Shown here piece after piece: positions 1-12,195 of a stretch of 64,000 bases of DNA. Every line of letters begins with the position of its first letter. The stretch's first letter is position 1. This DNA comes from Octopus vulgaris (lineage: Eukaryota): the NCBI GenBank assembly GCA_951406725.2, contig OX597831.1:3472001-3536000 (forward strand). Direction: 5' to 3'. Both the position numbers and the translations under genes were made by a program. Under the pieces are notes generated by a model. The model saw nothing but the letters and a program-made list of their open reading frames with translations. It was not told the origin of the DNA and made no database searches.

Positions 1-180
1 TACACACACACATATGCAGTGGGTTTCTTTCTGTTTCCATCTACCAAATCGACACACAAGGCTTTGGTCAATCCGAGGCTATAGTAAAAGACACCTGCCC
101 CAGGTGCCATGCAGTGGGACTGAACCCAGAACCATGTGGTTGGTAAACAAGCTACTTACCACACAGCCACTCCTGCACCT
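1..180 (-). mobile_element. tRNA-derived SINE family A (5' half; cut by window edge)
   Basis: Reverse complement of the head aggcgcaggagtggctgtgtggtaag...ggttcagtccc seen in full copies at 15521 and 20332 (Pol III A/B-box-like motifs). Confidence 0.85.
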
Positions 181-202
181 ATATATATATATATATATAT
201 AT

Positions 203-720
203 GGTCAAAATTTTCTCATCTGAGAAGAACCAAATCATGGCATGTTCTGCATTTTAAACTTTGTTTCATAGCATTTTAGATCTGGACGAACATTTTTCTT
301 TTGTTTCCTTTTTTATTTTGTAGACATAAGTTGACCTCTCCTCATCACATAAGACTTGTGCAGGATATCTTCGTGGATAACATTTCTGTTTATCCTTTCT
401 GACACATAAAAATCTTCTGTAATTGGTCTCATAGATTTTGGCGGATTTCTATCAACGATCTGCAGAACTTGTCAAATAATTTCAGGTGTTCTGAGGGTAT
501 CAGAGCATTGGGAATGCATTTTGTGGTTTGAAACAGATGCCTTTCCATCTGAGGCTTCTAACTTCTTGCAAACTTTGTAGATGAAAGATCTGGCAACTTT
601 TAAAAAACTGAACTATCTCTAAGTCTCTGTGCTTGGCCTTTAGGGCCACAGTTACGGCTTACCCTCCTTCATTTCTTGAGTAAGCTGAGTGTCTGTTATT
701 ATTATTTTATGAAGCATAGA
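203..720 (-). pseudogene. Decayed Tc1/mariner-superfamily (maT/Tc1-like) transposase, N-terminal half
   Basis: Manual minus-strand translation gives ...VARSFIYKVCKKLEAS...RTPEII*...IHEDILHKSYVMRRGQLMS...IWFFSDEK (first catalytic Asp motif at about 211-235), with stops and frameshifts. Confidence 0.65.
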
Positions 721-835
721 TGACAGAAAGTTAATTTAAAAACAGTAATAACTAAAAAATGTCATGCCTTCAAACAACGCGCGTGTGTGTGTATACATAT
801 ATATATACACACATACACATATATACATACACATC

Positions 836-1032
836 AAAAATGTAACCTCGTGCGTACTGTTGGCGATTTTTTTCCTCTGTCTTCCCTTCTCTGGATCTTT
901 CCTTCTCCTATGTTTCCGACGAAGAGCTCCACTCGAAACGTTAAACCCTCCTTCTTTCCTGAGCATCCAATAATACTATATTTGTTCTACGTCCTCACGT
1001 TGTTGTGTTTTTTTGTGCTTTCTTGTTTGGAT

Positions 1033-1037
<5 letters not shown>
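836..1037 (+). mobile_element. Penelope-like element terminal fragment with minimal hammerhead-like motif, abutting (TA)n
   Basis: A second copy lies inverted at 38832-39043. Contains gttt-ccgacga-a-gag/ctc-gaaacgtt-aaac at 912-946. Confidence 0.55.
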
Positions 1038-1072
<35 letters not shown>

Positions 1073-1439
1073 CATATAAATACATACATATATATACATA
1101 TATATATATATTTATATATGTAAGTGTATGTATGTATGTATGTCATTCAGTTTTATTTAAAGATTTCTTGCTAATAGATAAAGAGCTGGTTTCTAACCTA
1201 GATCCAAGGCTCCTTCATTGGAATTTCATGTATGTATGTATTTATGTATGTAGGCAAGCATACATGCATGTATGTATGTATGTATGCATATAAAATGCAA
1301 AAATAAGCCATGCTGCATGCTTGAAAACTCCCTATTTACTGATGCATCCAGCTGAATAGCAGATATCAGTCAAACACTTTGGTTCTCCAAATCACTGAAG
1401 CCACAACAACAACAACAAAAACAATGGCAATATTAAATG

Positions 1440-1953
1440 GTTTCCTTCCATTCTTCCTTTGTTTCTTTCTAGCTTCCTTCCTCCCCCTCCCTCTCTCCTT
1501 TCCTTCCTTCCTTCCTTCCTTCCTTCCCTCCCTCCTTCCCTCCTTTCCTTCTTCCCTTCCTTCCTTCCTTCTTTTCTTCCTCCCTTCCTTCCTTCCATCC
1601 ATCCATCCATCCATCCTTCTTCCCTTCCTTCCTTCCATTCTTCCTTCCATCCTTCCTTCTTTCCTTCCTTCTTTCCATTCTTTCTTTCTTTCTTTCTTTT
1701 TTCTTTTTAAATTTTTCTTCTGTTCCCTTTGTTTCTTTATTTTTCTATAATCTTTTCCTTCCTTCCTTCCTCCCACCCTTCCTCCCTTCCTTCCTTCCTC
1801 CCTTTCTTCCTTCCTTCCTTCCTTCCTACAATTCTTCCTTCCTTCCTTCCTCCCTTCCTTCCTTCCTTCCTTCCTTCCTTCCATCCTCCCTCCCTTCCTT
1901 CCTTCCTTCCTTCCTTCCTTCCCTCCTTCCCTCCCTCCCTCCCTTCCTTCCTT
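1440..1953. repeat. (CCTT)n/(CCAT)n polypyrimidine microsatellite
   Basis: Directly visible. Confidence 0.95.
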
Positions 1954-2481
1954 GCCCTACATTGCATTCAGCTGCTCCATTAACTGACACTATATAAAAC
2001 TGACAGAGTCTCTATCAATGAACGATCAGCAGTCCATTTCCTTACACCAAACTGTCATATTCCAATCATATTCCACAGACTTCTCAATCATTGGACATCC
2101 ATCATATTGTGGCTTCACCTTCAAGGCCTTTTGTTCTTCACATCAACCCCTACAAATACCTATTTGCTATATAGCTTATTGATCTATTTCTTACCGAAAT
2201 ATTGGCCAAGTTAGCATTTTGATACGGCATCAGATATTTTTTTTTTTGTATATATATCTAACTGGCAGTGTTGTATAGAATGCATAAATGCACAAACCAA
2301 GACAGGGACACAGAAGCAGACGAGGGTGTATATATTTATACATATGAACACGCGCATGCACACACATGTACACATATTTACTCATACACAGGTTCATACT
2401 CACATGGATGTGCTCACACTTTCACACATGCATACATGTGGTATGTTCTTGCACACACAAGCATGCAGTTATTCACATATG

Positions 2482-3115
2482 CATCATCATCATCATCATC
2501 ATCGTTTAACGTCCGCTTTCCATGCTAGCATGGGTTGGACGATTTGACTGTTCCATGCTGGTATGGGTTGGACGGTGCAACTGGGGTCTGGGAAGCCAGA
2601 AGGCTGCACCAGGCCCAGTCTGATCTGGCAATGTTTCTACGGCTGGATGCCCTTCCTAACGCCAACCACTCCATGAGTGTAGTGGGTGCTTTTTACGTGC
2701 CACCTGCACATATGCCAGATGAGGCTGCCAAACGGCCGCGAGTTGATGGTGCTCTTTTACGTGCCACCGGAACGGACACCAGGTGAGGCCGGCAACGGCC
2801 ACGATCGGATGGTGCCTTTTACGTGCCACTGGCACAGAAGCCAGTCGGGCGGCACTGGCTACGGCCACGTTCGGATGGTGCTTCTTACTTGCCACCAGCA
2901 CGGAAGCCAGTCGGGGCAGCGCTGGCAATGGCCACGTTCGGATGGTTCTCTTATGTGCCACCGGCACTGGTATCACAGCTACAATTTCCATTGATGCTGA
3001 TCGATTTTGATTTTTAATTTTGATTTTGATTTTGATTTTCACTTGCCTCAACAGGTCTTCACAAGTAGATTTTTGTGTCCCAAGAAGGAAAGGTATCATA
3101 AGGACTGGCTTCTTG
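2482..3115 (-). mobile_element. RTE LINE 3' fragment (3' UTR with about 63-bp subrepeats and (GAT)n tail)
   Basis: Homologous to 7396-7980 of the full-length RTE. Confidence 0.85.
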
Positions 3116-3142
3116 GTTCCATGGTGTATATCTTCCCACCTG

Positions 3143-3525
3143 TGGAGGCGCAATGGCCCAGTGGTTAGGGCAGTGGACTCGCAGTCGTAGGATCGCGGTT
3201 TCGATTCTCAGACCGGGCGTTGTGAGTGTTTATTGAGCGAAAACACCTAAAGCTCCACGTGGCTCCGGCAGGGGGTGGTGGTGATCCCTGCTGTACTCTT
3301 TCACCACAACTTTCTCTCGCTCTTACTTCCTGTTTCTGTTGTACCTGTATTTCAAAGGGCCAGCCTTGTCACTCTCTGTGTCATGCTGAATATCCCCGAG
3401 AACTACATTAAGGGTACACGTGTCTGTGGAGTGCTCAGCCACTTACACGTTAATTTCACGAGCAGGCTGTTCCGTTGATCGGATCAACCGGAACCCTCAT
3501 CGTCGGAACTGACGGAGTGCTTCCA
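3143..3525 (+). mobile_element. tRNA-derived SINE family B, full length
   Basis: Head ggaggcgcaatggcccagtggttagggcag with A box TGGCCCAGTGG and B-box-like GGTTTCGATTC. A partial inverted copy lies at 49112-49349. Confidence 0.85.
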
Positions 3526-4084
3526 GACCAGACCATATTCCCACCTGGATGGGAACCCAGTCTGCTGTAGGATTACTCATCTCTGCCAGCTGGAGCAATG
3601 TTAACTGAAGTGTTTTGCTCAAGAACACGGTCCGGGAATTGAAATCATAATCCTATGATCACGAGTCCAACACCCTAACCATTAAGCCATGCACTTCCAT
3701 TCTTGCACCTGTAAATGTGGAGGAAATTATTGGTGTTTCAGTGTAAAGGAATTCTAGAGAATTCTCACTGAAGTCAATATCACTTTAAAAGCTGATCATT
3801 AATTCATTCTATTCCTGTGCTAAATAATGGTAGGGGCTCACATAATAAAATGACAATGAATCAGCAGGAAAGTTAGTAAACAGCAGATTTGCAGAGCAGC
3901 AGAAAATGTCATGGGATAATATATTGCAAAGCCAGGTGTTAAAGGAATTCTGTCTTGGAGGCAAACACTGATGTAATGATTCAGCTTCTTAATTGGTGCA
4001 ATATTCTGAGATGAAACAGATACAATGCATTTACATAAATGGATCTAACTACACGTTTGTGTTATCTACATATTTATTAATTCA

Positions 4085-4092
4085 TGAATGTA

Positions 4093-4129
<37 letters not shown>

Positions 4130-4284
4130 TTGTGTATGTATGTGTGTATGTATGTATCTATACATCTTTCTTTCTTTCTTTCTGTCTTTCTTTCTCTGTC
4201 TGTCTGTCTGTCTATCTATCTGTTTATCTATCTACCTACCTGTCTGCCTGTCTAATTTATCCATCTATTTATCTACCTACCTAC

Positions 4285-4316
<32 letters not shown>

Positions 4317-4415
4317 TTCTCCATCCATCCCACCCTACCTCCATCCATCCTTCCATCTATCTATCTATCTATCTATCTATCAATCTATCAATCTATCAAT
4401 CTATCTATCTATCTA

Positions 4416-4472
<57 letters not shown>

Positions 4473-4506
4473 TTGTCTGTCTGTCTATCTATCCCTCCTT
4501 CCATTC

Positions 4507-4542
<36 letters not shown>

Positions 4543-4704
4543 GTCTATTTGTCTGTCTGTCTGTATGTCTATCCCTCCCTCCCTTCCTCCACATCCATCC
4601 ATCCATCCATCCATCCATCTATCCATCTATCTATCCATCTATCCATCTACCTATCTATCCATCTACCTATCTATCTATCTATCTAATCTATCTATCTATC
4701 TATC

Positions 4705-4773
<69 letters not shown>

Positions 4774-4779
4774 ATATCC

Positions 4780-4821
<42 letters not shown>

Positions 4822-4830
4822 ATATCTATC
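4085..4830. repeat. Compound (GT)n/(CTGT)n/(CTAT)n/(CCAT)n microsatellite
   Basis: Directly visible. Confidence 0.95.
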
Positions 4831-4879
4831 TAACCACCTGTGTGTCCATCATCAATTTATTGTGTCTCCGTGCTTTGGG

Positions 4880-5245
4880 GACGTAACAAACACCATCCGA
4901 TCGTGGCCGTCCGCCAGCCTCATCTGGCACCTGTGTCGGTGGCACATAAAAACACCATCCGAGCGTGGCCGTCTGCCAGCCTCGTCTGGCACCTGTGTCG
5001 GTGGCACATAAAAACACCATCCGAGCGTGGCCGTTCGCCAGCCTCGTCTGGCACCTGTGTCGGTGGCACATAAAATCACCCACTACACTCTCGGAGTGGT
5101 TGGCGTTAGGAAGGGCATCCAGCTGTAGAAACACTGCCAGATCTGACTGGCCTGGTGCAGCCTTCGGGCTCCCCAGACCCCAGTTGAACCGTCCAACCCA
5201 TGCTAGCATGGAAAACGGACGCTAAATGATGATGATGATGATGAT
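4880..5245 (+). mobile_element. RTE LINE 3' fragment with 3 tandem 62-63-bp units
   Basis: Same subfamily as 39350-40939; ends in ggacgctaaatgatgatgat. Confidence 0.85.
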
Positions 5246-6457
5246 GTTTGGGCGCACTGTTAAGCTCTGTACATTTGCACATAACATAGAGGGTAATGAT
5301 TAATCTTTACCAAGGTACACAGGACAGAGAGATGAAAACTGAAATGGAGAGCAATGCAGAAGATGGCAGGGTGGTGAAGCAGATGAAGAAAGGGGTATAA
5401 TTTGGGGAAGGATGAGTTCCACCTGGCTTGCTTGCTCCAGAAAAATTACATCAAAATGATGTAAAAGAAAGTATTTTCCGACGCTTCGATGCCTCAGCTT
5501 CTTATAATTCAATGGGTTATGAAAGTGACAGCAGTGAATGATCTGCAGCAATAATAACTTGACCCCTACCAAAGTATAAAGTCCTGAGTCTGATGTCCTA
5601 CTCACCTAATTACATTGCTGTACAACTAAAATATTAAAAGATAAGAAAAGAAAGCAAATATCCCGCAGAAGAAACATGAAATATAAACCCAAAGAAAAAT
5701 GTGTTACACTTATCCCCGGTATTTATTATGTGTGGTGTTTTTATTTTCTTTTTGGCATTGGTTTGTCATCATCAAAGAGAGAATTTTATGTCAGTAATTC
5801 AGTTTGTCTGCTAAAAGTATTTCCATTGAATAAACACAGCAGAAATGATTATCTGCTTGACCTCATTCAACTCCGTTTTGTTGCTGATGGAAAATTGGTA
5901 AAACATAAAGAGTCAGTTCGGAGTTTGATTGCTGGCATTCATCCAAAAATATGGTTTCTTTCCTTATCTAGAACAATCGGTGGCCAACACAATAAAACAG
6001 TAACAAAAAAAAAAAAAAGAGGTTGTGGTGGTGGTTGTGGTGGGGGCTTCTTGATGTACAATACATCAATCAACCCCCTACATCAGCAGCAAAAGTATCT
6101 AGAATGTATTTTGAATGAGATTCTGTGGTTAAGAGGCCTAATAATTTAGAGGTCACAGCTTCTGGACAATTGACCACATGCTCATAAATTGAAATATATT
6201 GCAGCCATTGTGTTTGTTGTACAACTGAGCAAAGCACATAACTCTTTGGTCAGGAGGTCGGGGGGGGGGGAAGTGTAGGGGTTGTAGGGGTGTGGGAGTT
6301 CGGGGGTGTAGAGAGAGCCGTGAAATGCTGTTTGTTTGTGGTTGTTGTTGTTGCTGTTGCTGTTAAGCTCCAAGTCAGCCTTTAGCCAGCAGATCTGTGA
6401 TTAAAAGTATTTTGTCTGTGACTACTCACCTTTTTTCATAAGCAGCGTATCTAGGAT

Positions 6458-6537
6458 TCATCATCATCGTCGTCATCATCATCTTCATCATCATCATCAT
6501 CACCATCATCATCATCACCATCGTCGTCATCATCATC

Positions 6538-6586
<49 letters not shown>

Positions 6587-6588
6587 CC

Positions 6589-6622
<34 letters not shown>

Positions 6623-6666
6623 TCACCACCACCACCACCACCACCACCATCACCACCACCACCACC

Positions 6667-6711
<45 letters not shown>

Positions 6712-7128
6712 GTCGTCGTCGTCGTCGTCGTCATCATCATCATCACCTGTGCTGTCATTGTCATCGTTGTCATCATCATTATCAATATTACCACTGTCAT
6801 CATCACCATCGTCACCAACTCCATCAATTATAGACATCAGCATCCTCTTCATCCTCATCCTCATCATCACCTCTACTGTCATCATCATCATCATCATCAC
6901 CACTGCTGTCATCCTCATCCTCATCATCACCTCTACTGTCATCATCATCATCATCATCATCACCACTGCTGTCATCCTCATCGTCATCATCGTTTTTGTC
7001 ATCATCATCATTGTTGTTGTCATCGTTATCATTGTTTTCATTTTCGTTGTCGTCATTGTCATCATCATCGTCATCATCATCATCATCATCATCATTTTCA
7101 TCTCTACTGCCATCATAATCATCACCAT
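6458..7128. repeat. (CAT)n/(CAC)n trinucleotide compound repeat
   Basis: Directly visible. Confidence 0.95.
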
Positions 7129-7395
7129 AAGCTTCTAAATAGTAATATTAATGATAATTCTTTCAAATGTTGACGCAAGGCCAGCAGTTTTATGGGAGTA
7201 CATCAACCCCTGTACTCAACTGGCACTCATTTTACCAACCCAGATACAATGAAACACCAAGTGAACCTTGGCGGAATTTGAACTCAAAACATAACAAGGT
7301 AGAAGAAATACTGCAAGGTATCTTGTCCAATACGCTAATGATTCTGCCAGTTGCTGCCTTAAAAAAATAATAATAATAATAATAATAGTAATAAT

Positions 7396-10300
7396 CATCA
7401 TCATCATCATCATCATCATTTAGCGTCCGTTTTCCATGCTAGCATGGGTTGGACGGTTCTGCTGGGGTCTGTGAAGCCAGAAGGCTTCATCAGGCCCAGT
7501 CAAATCTGGCAGTGTTTCTACGGCTGGATGCCCTTCCTAACGCCAACCACTCCGTGAGTGTAGTGGGTGCTTTTTACGTGCCACCCGCACTGGTGCCAGC
7601 CAGAGCTGGCAAACGGCCACGAACGGATGGTGTTTTTTATGTGCCACCGGCACGAGGGCCAGGCGAGGCTGGCAACGAACACGAAACGGGGCGGTGCTGG
7701 CAACGGTCGCGAAACGGAAGGTTCTCTTACATGCCACCGGCACTGGTAACACATCTGCAATTTCCATTGATCGATTTCCATTGATCGATTTCGATTCTGA
7801 TCCTCACTTGCCTCAATGGGTCTTCACAAGCAGAGTTTCGACATGCCACCGGCACTGGTAGCACATCCGCAATTTCCATTGATCGATTTCGATTCTGATC
7901 CTCACTTGCCTCAACACGTCTTCACAAGTAGAGTTTTGTGTCCCAAGAAGGGAAGGTATGCATACGTAGGCTGGCTCCATCCCATGTAGAAGGCCACGGG
8001 TTGTGGACTCACTTGTCCTGCCGGGTCTTCTCGCGCACAGCACACTTCCAGAGGTCTCGGTCTCTAGTCATTTCCTCGGTGAGACCTAAAGTTCGAAGGT
8101 CGTGCTTCACCACCTCGTCCCAGGTTTTCCTGGGTCTGCCTCTTCCACAGGTTCCCTCAACCGCTAGGGTGTGGCACTTTTTCACACAACTATCTTCATC
8201 CATTCTCGCCACATGACCATACCAGCGCAAACGTCTCTCTTGCACACCACAACTGATGCTTCTTAGGTCCAGCTTTTCTCTCAAGGTACTTACACTCTGC
8301 CGAGTGTGAGTACTGGCATTACACATCCATCGGAGCATACTGGCTTCATTTCTGTGAGCTTACGCATATCCTCAGCAGTCACGGCCCATGTTTCACTGCC
8401 ATGTAGCATGGCTGTTCGTACACACGCATCATACAGTCTGCCTTTCACTCTGTGCGAGAGGCCTTTTGTCACCAGCAGAGGTAAGAGCTCTCTGAACTTT
8501 GCCCAAGCTATTCTTACTCTAGCAGTTACACTTTCAGCACACCCGCCCCCGCTCTGACTTGGTCACCTAGGTAACGGAAACTATCAACTATTTCTAGTTT
8601 TTCTCCCTGGAAAGTGACAGAAGTTGGTCTCAGAGCATTTTCAGTGTTTATTGTTCCTGAGCATCTGCCACATACAAAAACCATCTTCCTAGTTAGCCTT
8701 CCTTTGACATTGCTGCATCTCTTATGTGTCCATAGCTTACACTTGGTGCATCTTATAGAGTTTCTACCTACACCTTTTCTACAGATCGAGCAGGGCCATC
8801 TACCTGAAGGTGTTTGTGATTTGTCTACCTTCCTACTGATTACGACTTTGGTTTTAGCTAGATTGACTCTGAGGCCCTTCGATTCTAATCCTTGTTTCCA
8901 CACCTGAAACTTCTCCTCCAGTTCTGAGTAGCGACTCAGCAATTAGAGCAAGGTCATCAGCATAGAGGAGCTCCCAAGGGCATCCTGTCTTGAATTCCTC
9001 CGTTATTGCCTGGAGGACTATGATAAATAGGAGGGGGCTGAGTACTGAGCCTTGGTGGACCCCTACCTCTACCCGGAATTCTTCACTGTACTCATTTCCA
9101 ACCCTCACCCTACTAGCGGCGTCCCTATACATGGCCCGCACAGCTCTCACTAACCATTCATCTATCCCTAGTTTTCTCATTGCCCACCAGATAAGGGATC
9201 GGGGGACCCTGTCGAAGGCTTTCTCCATGTCAACGAAAGCCAGGTACAGGGGCTTATCTTTGGCTAGGTATTTCTCCTGCAGCTGCCTTACCAGGAATAT
9301 AGCATCAGTAGTACTTTTCCCTGGCACAAACCCAAACTGCATCTCATCTAAACTAACTCTCTCTCTAATTAGTTGGGCTATGACCCTCTCCGTAACCTTC
9401 ATCACCTGGTCCAACAGCTTGATACCTCTGTAGTTGTTTGTATCTAGGGCATCACCTTTACCTTTGTAGCAGTTGACTATTATACTGCTACACCAGTCAT
9501 TGGGTATGACCCCTTTGTGTATCACCTGATTAACTATATGGGTGACTAGGCTATAGCCGACACTACCAGACATTTTGAGCATCTCTGCAGTGATTCCTGA
9601 TGGGCCTGGGGCTTTCCCTGTCTTCATGCTTCTAATTGCCTTAGCTACCACAGAACTATCAACTCGGATAGCTGGTCCCTCTGTTGGGTCAACATTCGGC
9701 AGACTCTCTTTATCCCATTCATTTTCTTCATTCAGCAACCTTTCATAGTGGCATCTCCAAACCTCTCTCTTTGCATCCTCATTTAGCGCAAGTGAACCAT
9801 CTTCCATGCGAACACACTTCTCTCCTACCACATCACGATTCTCTCTCACACACTGTCTTGCAACACGAAACACCTCCAGTCTTTGGTCCTCACGGCGCAG
9901 AACATTGGCAAATTTTTTCTTATCTGCTTCCCCTCTGGCTAAATAAACCTGTCTCCTAGCTTCTCTTTTGGCAGTCTGATACAATTCCCTGCTACCCCCA
10001 TTTTTCCAGACCTTCCAAGCCTGTCTCTTTTCTCTAATAGCCCTGTCTACAATATTGTTCCACCACCACGTTATTCTAGGTCGAGAGGGGACTTTGCACC
10101 AGCCACAGATCTGGTCAGTGGCTCTCAGCAGGTTGTCCCTTAGAAACGTCCAGCTGTCTTCTACCCCCTGTGATGCTCTATCCCCTTCTACTTCGTCAGA
10201 GGCTTCAAGTAATATGTCCCTAAATCTCTGTCCATTTGCAGGATCTTTAAGCTTCCAGATCCTTCTTCTCCATATTTGTCGTCTTCTGGTTGTCCTCCTA

Positions 10301-11945
10301 GTCCTGATCCTAAAGTCACTAACTACCAGTCTATGTTGTGGGGTACATTCTTCACCTGGGAAGGTTTTGGCATTTATAAGCAGCCATCTCTCCCTTTGCC
10401 TTGTAAGGATGTAGTCAATTTGGCTGGTATGTTGGCCCGATTGGTAAGTGACTAGGTGGCTGGTAGGTTTCCTGAAGTTAGTGTTGCAAATCATAAGATT
10501 ATTTGCATCGCAGAACTCCAGCAGCCTGGTTCCCTCCTCGTTGCGGGAGCCATAGCCGTAGCCTCCATGTACGCCATGGAAGCCCCCAGCATGTCGTCCA
10601 ACGTGACCATTGAAGTCACCAGCCACAAAGATAAGGTCTCTGTCGTTCGTCAATGAGGTAGTCTGCAGTAGAGTGTCATAGAATCGGTCTTTCTGTCCAT
10701 CGGGTAGCCCCGACTGAGGAGCATAGGCTGATATAATGGTTGCTAAACTATGATGAAGCACTAATCTAATCTTAAGTATTCTGTCACTTACTCTGATTAC
10801 CTCAATTACTTTATCTACCCATTTCTCAGCGATAAGTATACCCACGCCACCAACCCCGTCAGTATTCCCTGCCCAGAAAATCTTGTACCTGCGTTCCTTG
10901 CCTGTGAGGAACCTAGCTGATCCTCCTCTCCACCTTATTTCTTGCATGCAACATATATCCACACATCTCCGTTCAAGCATCTCGACTATCTCACCAGACC
11001 TACCTTTCAGAGTGCCAACGTTGAGGGTGCCAACCCTGAGGGTGTGGAAGGCATGGGCTCTAGAGACCCTGGGACGGTGGACAGTGGCTTCGTGTACCTG
11101 AAAAGAAAGCTCGCATTTGGCAGAATTCATGTGCAAAAAATGAAGTAGTAAAGTAGCCTTCAGTACAACCTGCATAACGCTAGCCTTTCATATTTTGCAC
11201 TGTATGAACATTACCTTACATAGGTCGAGACTAGGGGTAGGGAGGGGTAGGGATGGTGAGAGCATTTGCAGTCTTCATGGGAAGCAACCCCGGAATGGAA
11301 GAGAATAGGAACTTCCGGCATGCGTGGTGGGGGTGGGAGGGCGGGTGCACCGTAGCTGAGTAAAGAGGTTCTGTTAATCGTGAGCTAGCAAATGGGTTAG
11401 TATGAATCGGGAGACAATACTAAACGAAAAATTGAAAAATTGAAAAATTGAAAAATCAGAGTGGCTATGAACCTGGAGACAAGTCTAAACGAAAAAAATG
11501 TTTGAGCTAGACAGGGTAATGAGGGAATACTGAAAGAATGAGGGACAATACAATGAGATGGAAATTGAAGAATAGAGAAAGAGTAAGGATAAGTGCAAGA
11601 AAGAAGGTAGTCGTAGCGAGGTTGAACGATTCACTTAACTTTTAGCCATTCATGATCTGTGCGTATTCTTTAGATATTTTGAAGCGAGTGGGGTTAACGA
11701 TAAATGCGATCGCTCTTTTATGTATGGCGATGATGGTTTTGGGGAGTGGGGGGGGGGGGCATAGAGGACCATGGCGATGATGGTTATGGGAAGGGGGGAA
11801 CATAGCGAGAGAGAGATAGGGTTAGTTAGAGAGAGAGGTCAAGGGACACGTGACAATAAGCGGTGTGAGGGAATTTGACTGGGGACGGCATTGTCGATAA
11901 ATAAACATTAGATAAATAGGTTTGAAAATCAGAAAAATCAGAGGG
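7396..11945 (-). mobile_element. Apparently full-length RTE-clade non-LTR retrotransposon (about 4.55 kb)
   Basis: (CAT)n tail at 7396-7419. A 21-bp direct repeat aataataataatagtaataat lies at 7375-7395 and 11946-11966 (TSD in a TAA tract). Single APE+RT ORF. Confidence 0.9.
8009..11175 (-). pseudogene. RTE ORF: AP-endonuclease + reverse transcriptase + PHD-type zinc finger, broken by three single-base frameshifts
   Basis: APE motifs TLNV, MQE, AYAP, GDFNGHVG, QIDYIL. RT motifs KAPGPSG, YKGKGD, NYRGIKLL, QFGF, FVDMEKAFDRV, GVHQGSVLSPLLF, YADD, FRYLG. C-terminal LRWYGHVARM, GRGRPRKTW. Continues through ORFs 8854-11175, 8526-8942, 8290-8472 and 8009-8338. Confidence 0.92.
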
Positions 11946-12027
11946 AATAATAATAATAGTAATAATAATAATAATAATCATCATAATAATAATAATGATA
12001 ATAATAATAATAATAATAATAATTGCC

Positions 12028-12195
12028 TGATATTGGCACAACACGAATACAAAAGACGTGATGACAATGTGGCAAAAATGATCCATTGAGAGCTCTGTGG
12101 AAATCACGACCTACAAAGAGCAAAGATGTGGTATGAGAAAAATGTGAGAAACCACAGAAGGAGTCCCTGAGAATGAAAATTGCAAAATTCTGAAG
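12028..12195 (+). mobile_element. R4/Dong-like (RLE) non-LTR fragment next to (TAA)n
   Basis: Translates as LAQHEYKRRDDNVAKMIH*ELC...WYE...ENENCKIL, which matches the post-zinc-knuckle RHD/HW motif of R4/Dong elements. Confidence 0.65.

Noticed and set aside
3143-3220. tRNA gene
   Set aside because: The tRNA-like head continues into a SINE body present in other copies, with no proper acceptor stem or terminator. The same applies to the family A and C heads.
3842-4005. Possible 164-nt minus-strand exon (tttcatctcAG ... GTGAGC) with one open frame
   Set aside because: The donor is weak, the peptide is unrecognisable, and the frame is incompatible with direct splicing from the 20-nt candidate. 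It cannot be supported without RNA data.
5676-6149. 157-aa plus-strand ORF in unique sequence
   Set aside because: No recognisable domain; it runs through poly-A and GGT low-complexity sequence and is consistent with a chance ORF.
6426-6470. Minus-strand MNPRYAAYEK|GTGAGT as a possible first coding exon
   Set aside because: It lies at the edge of a (CAT)n repeat within a dispersed-repeat-like segment, and its phase (2) does not fit the open frame of the 5606-5625 candidate.
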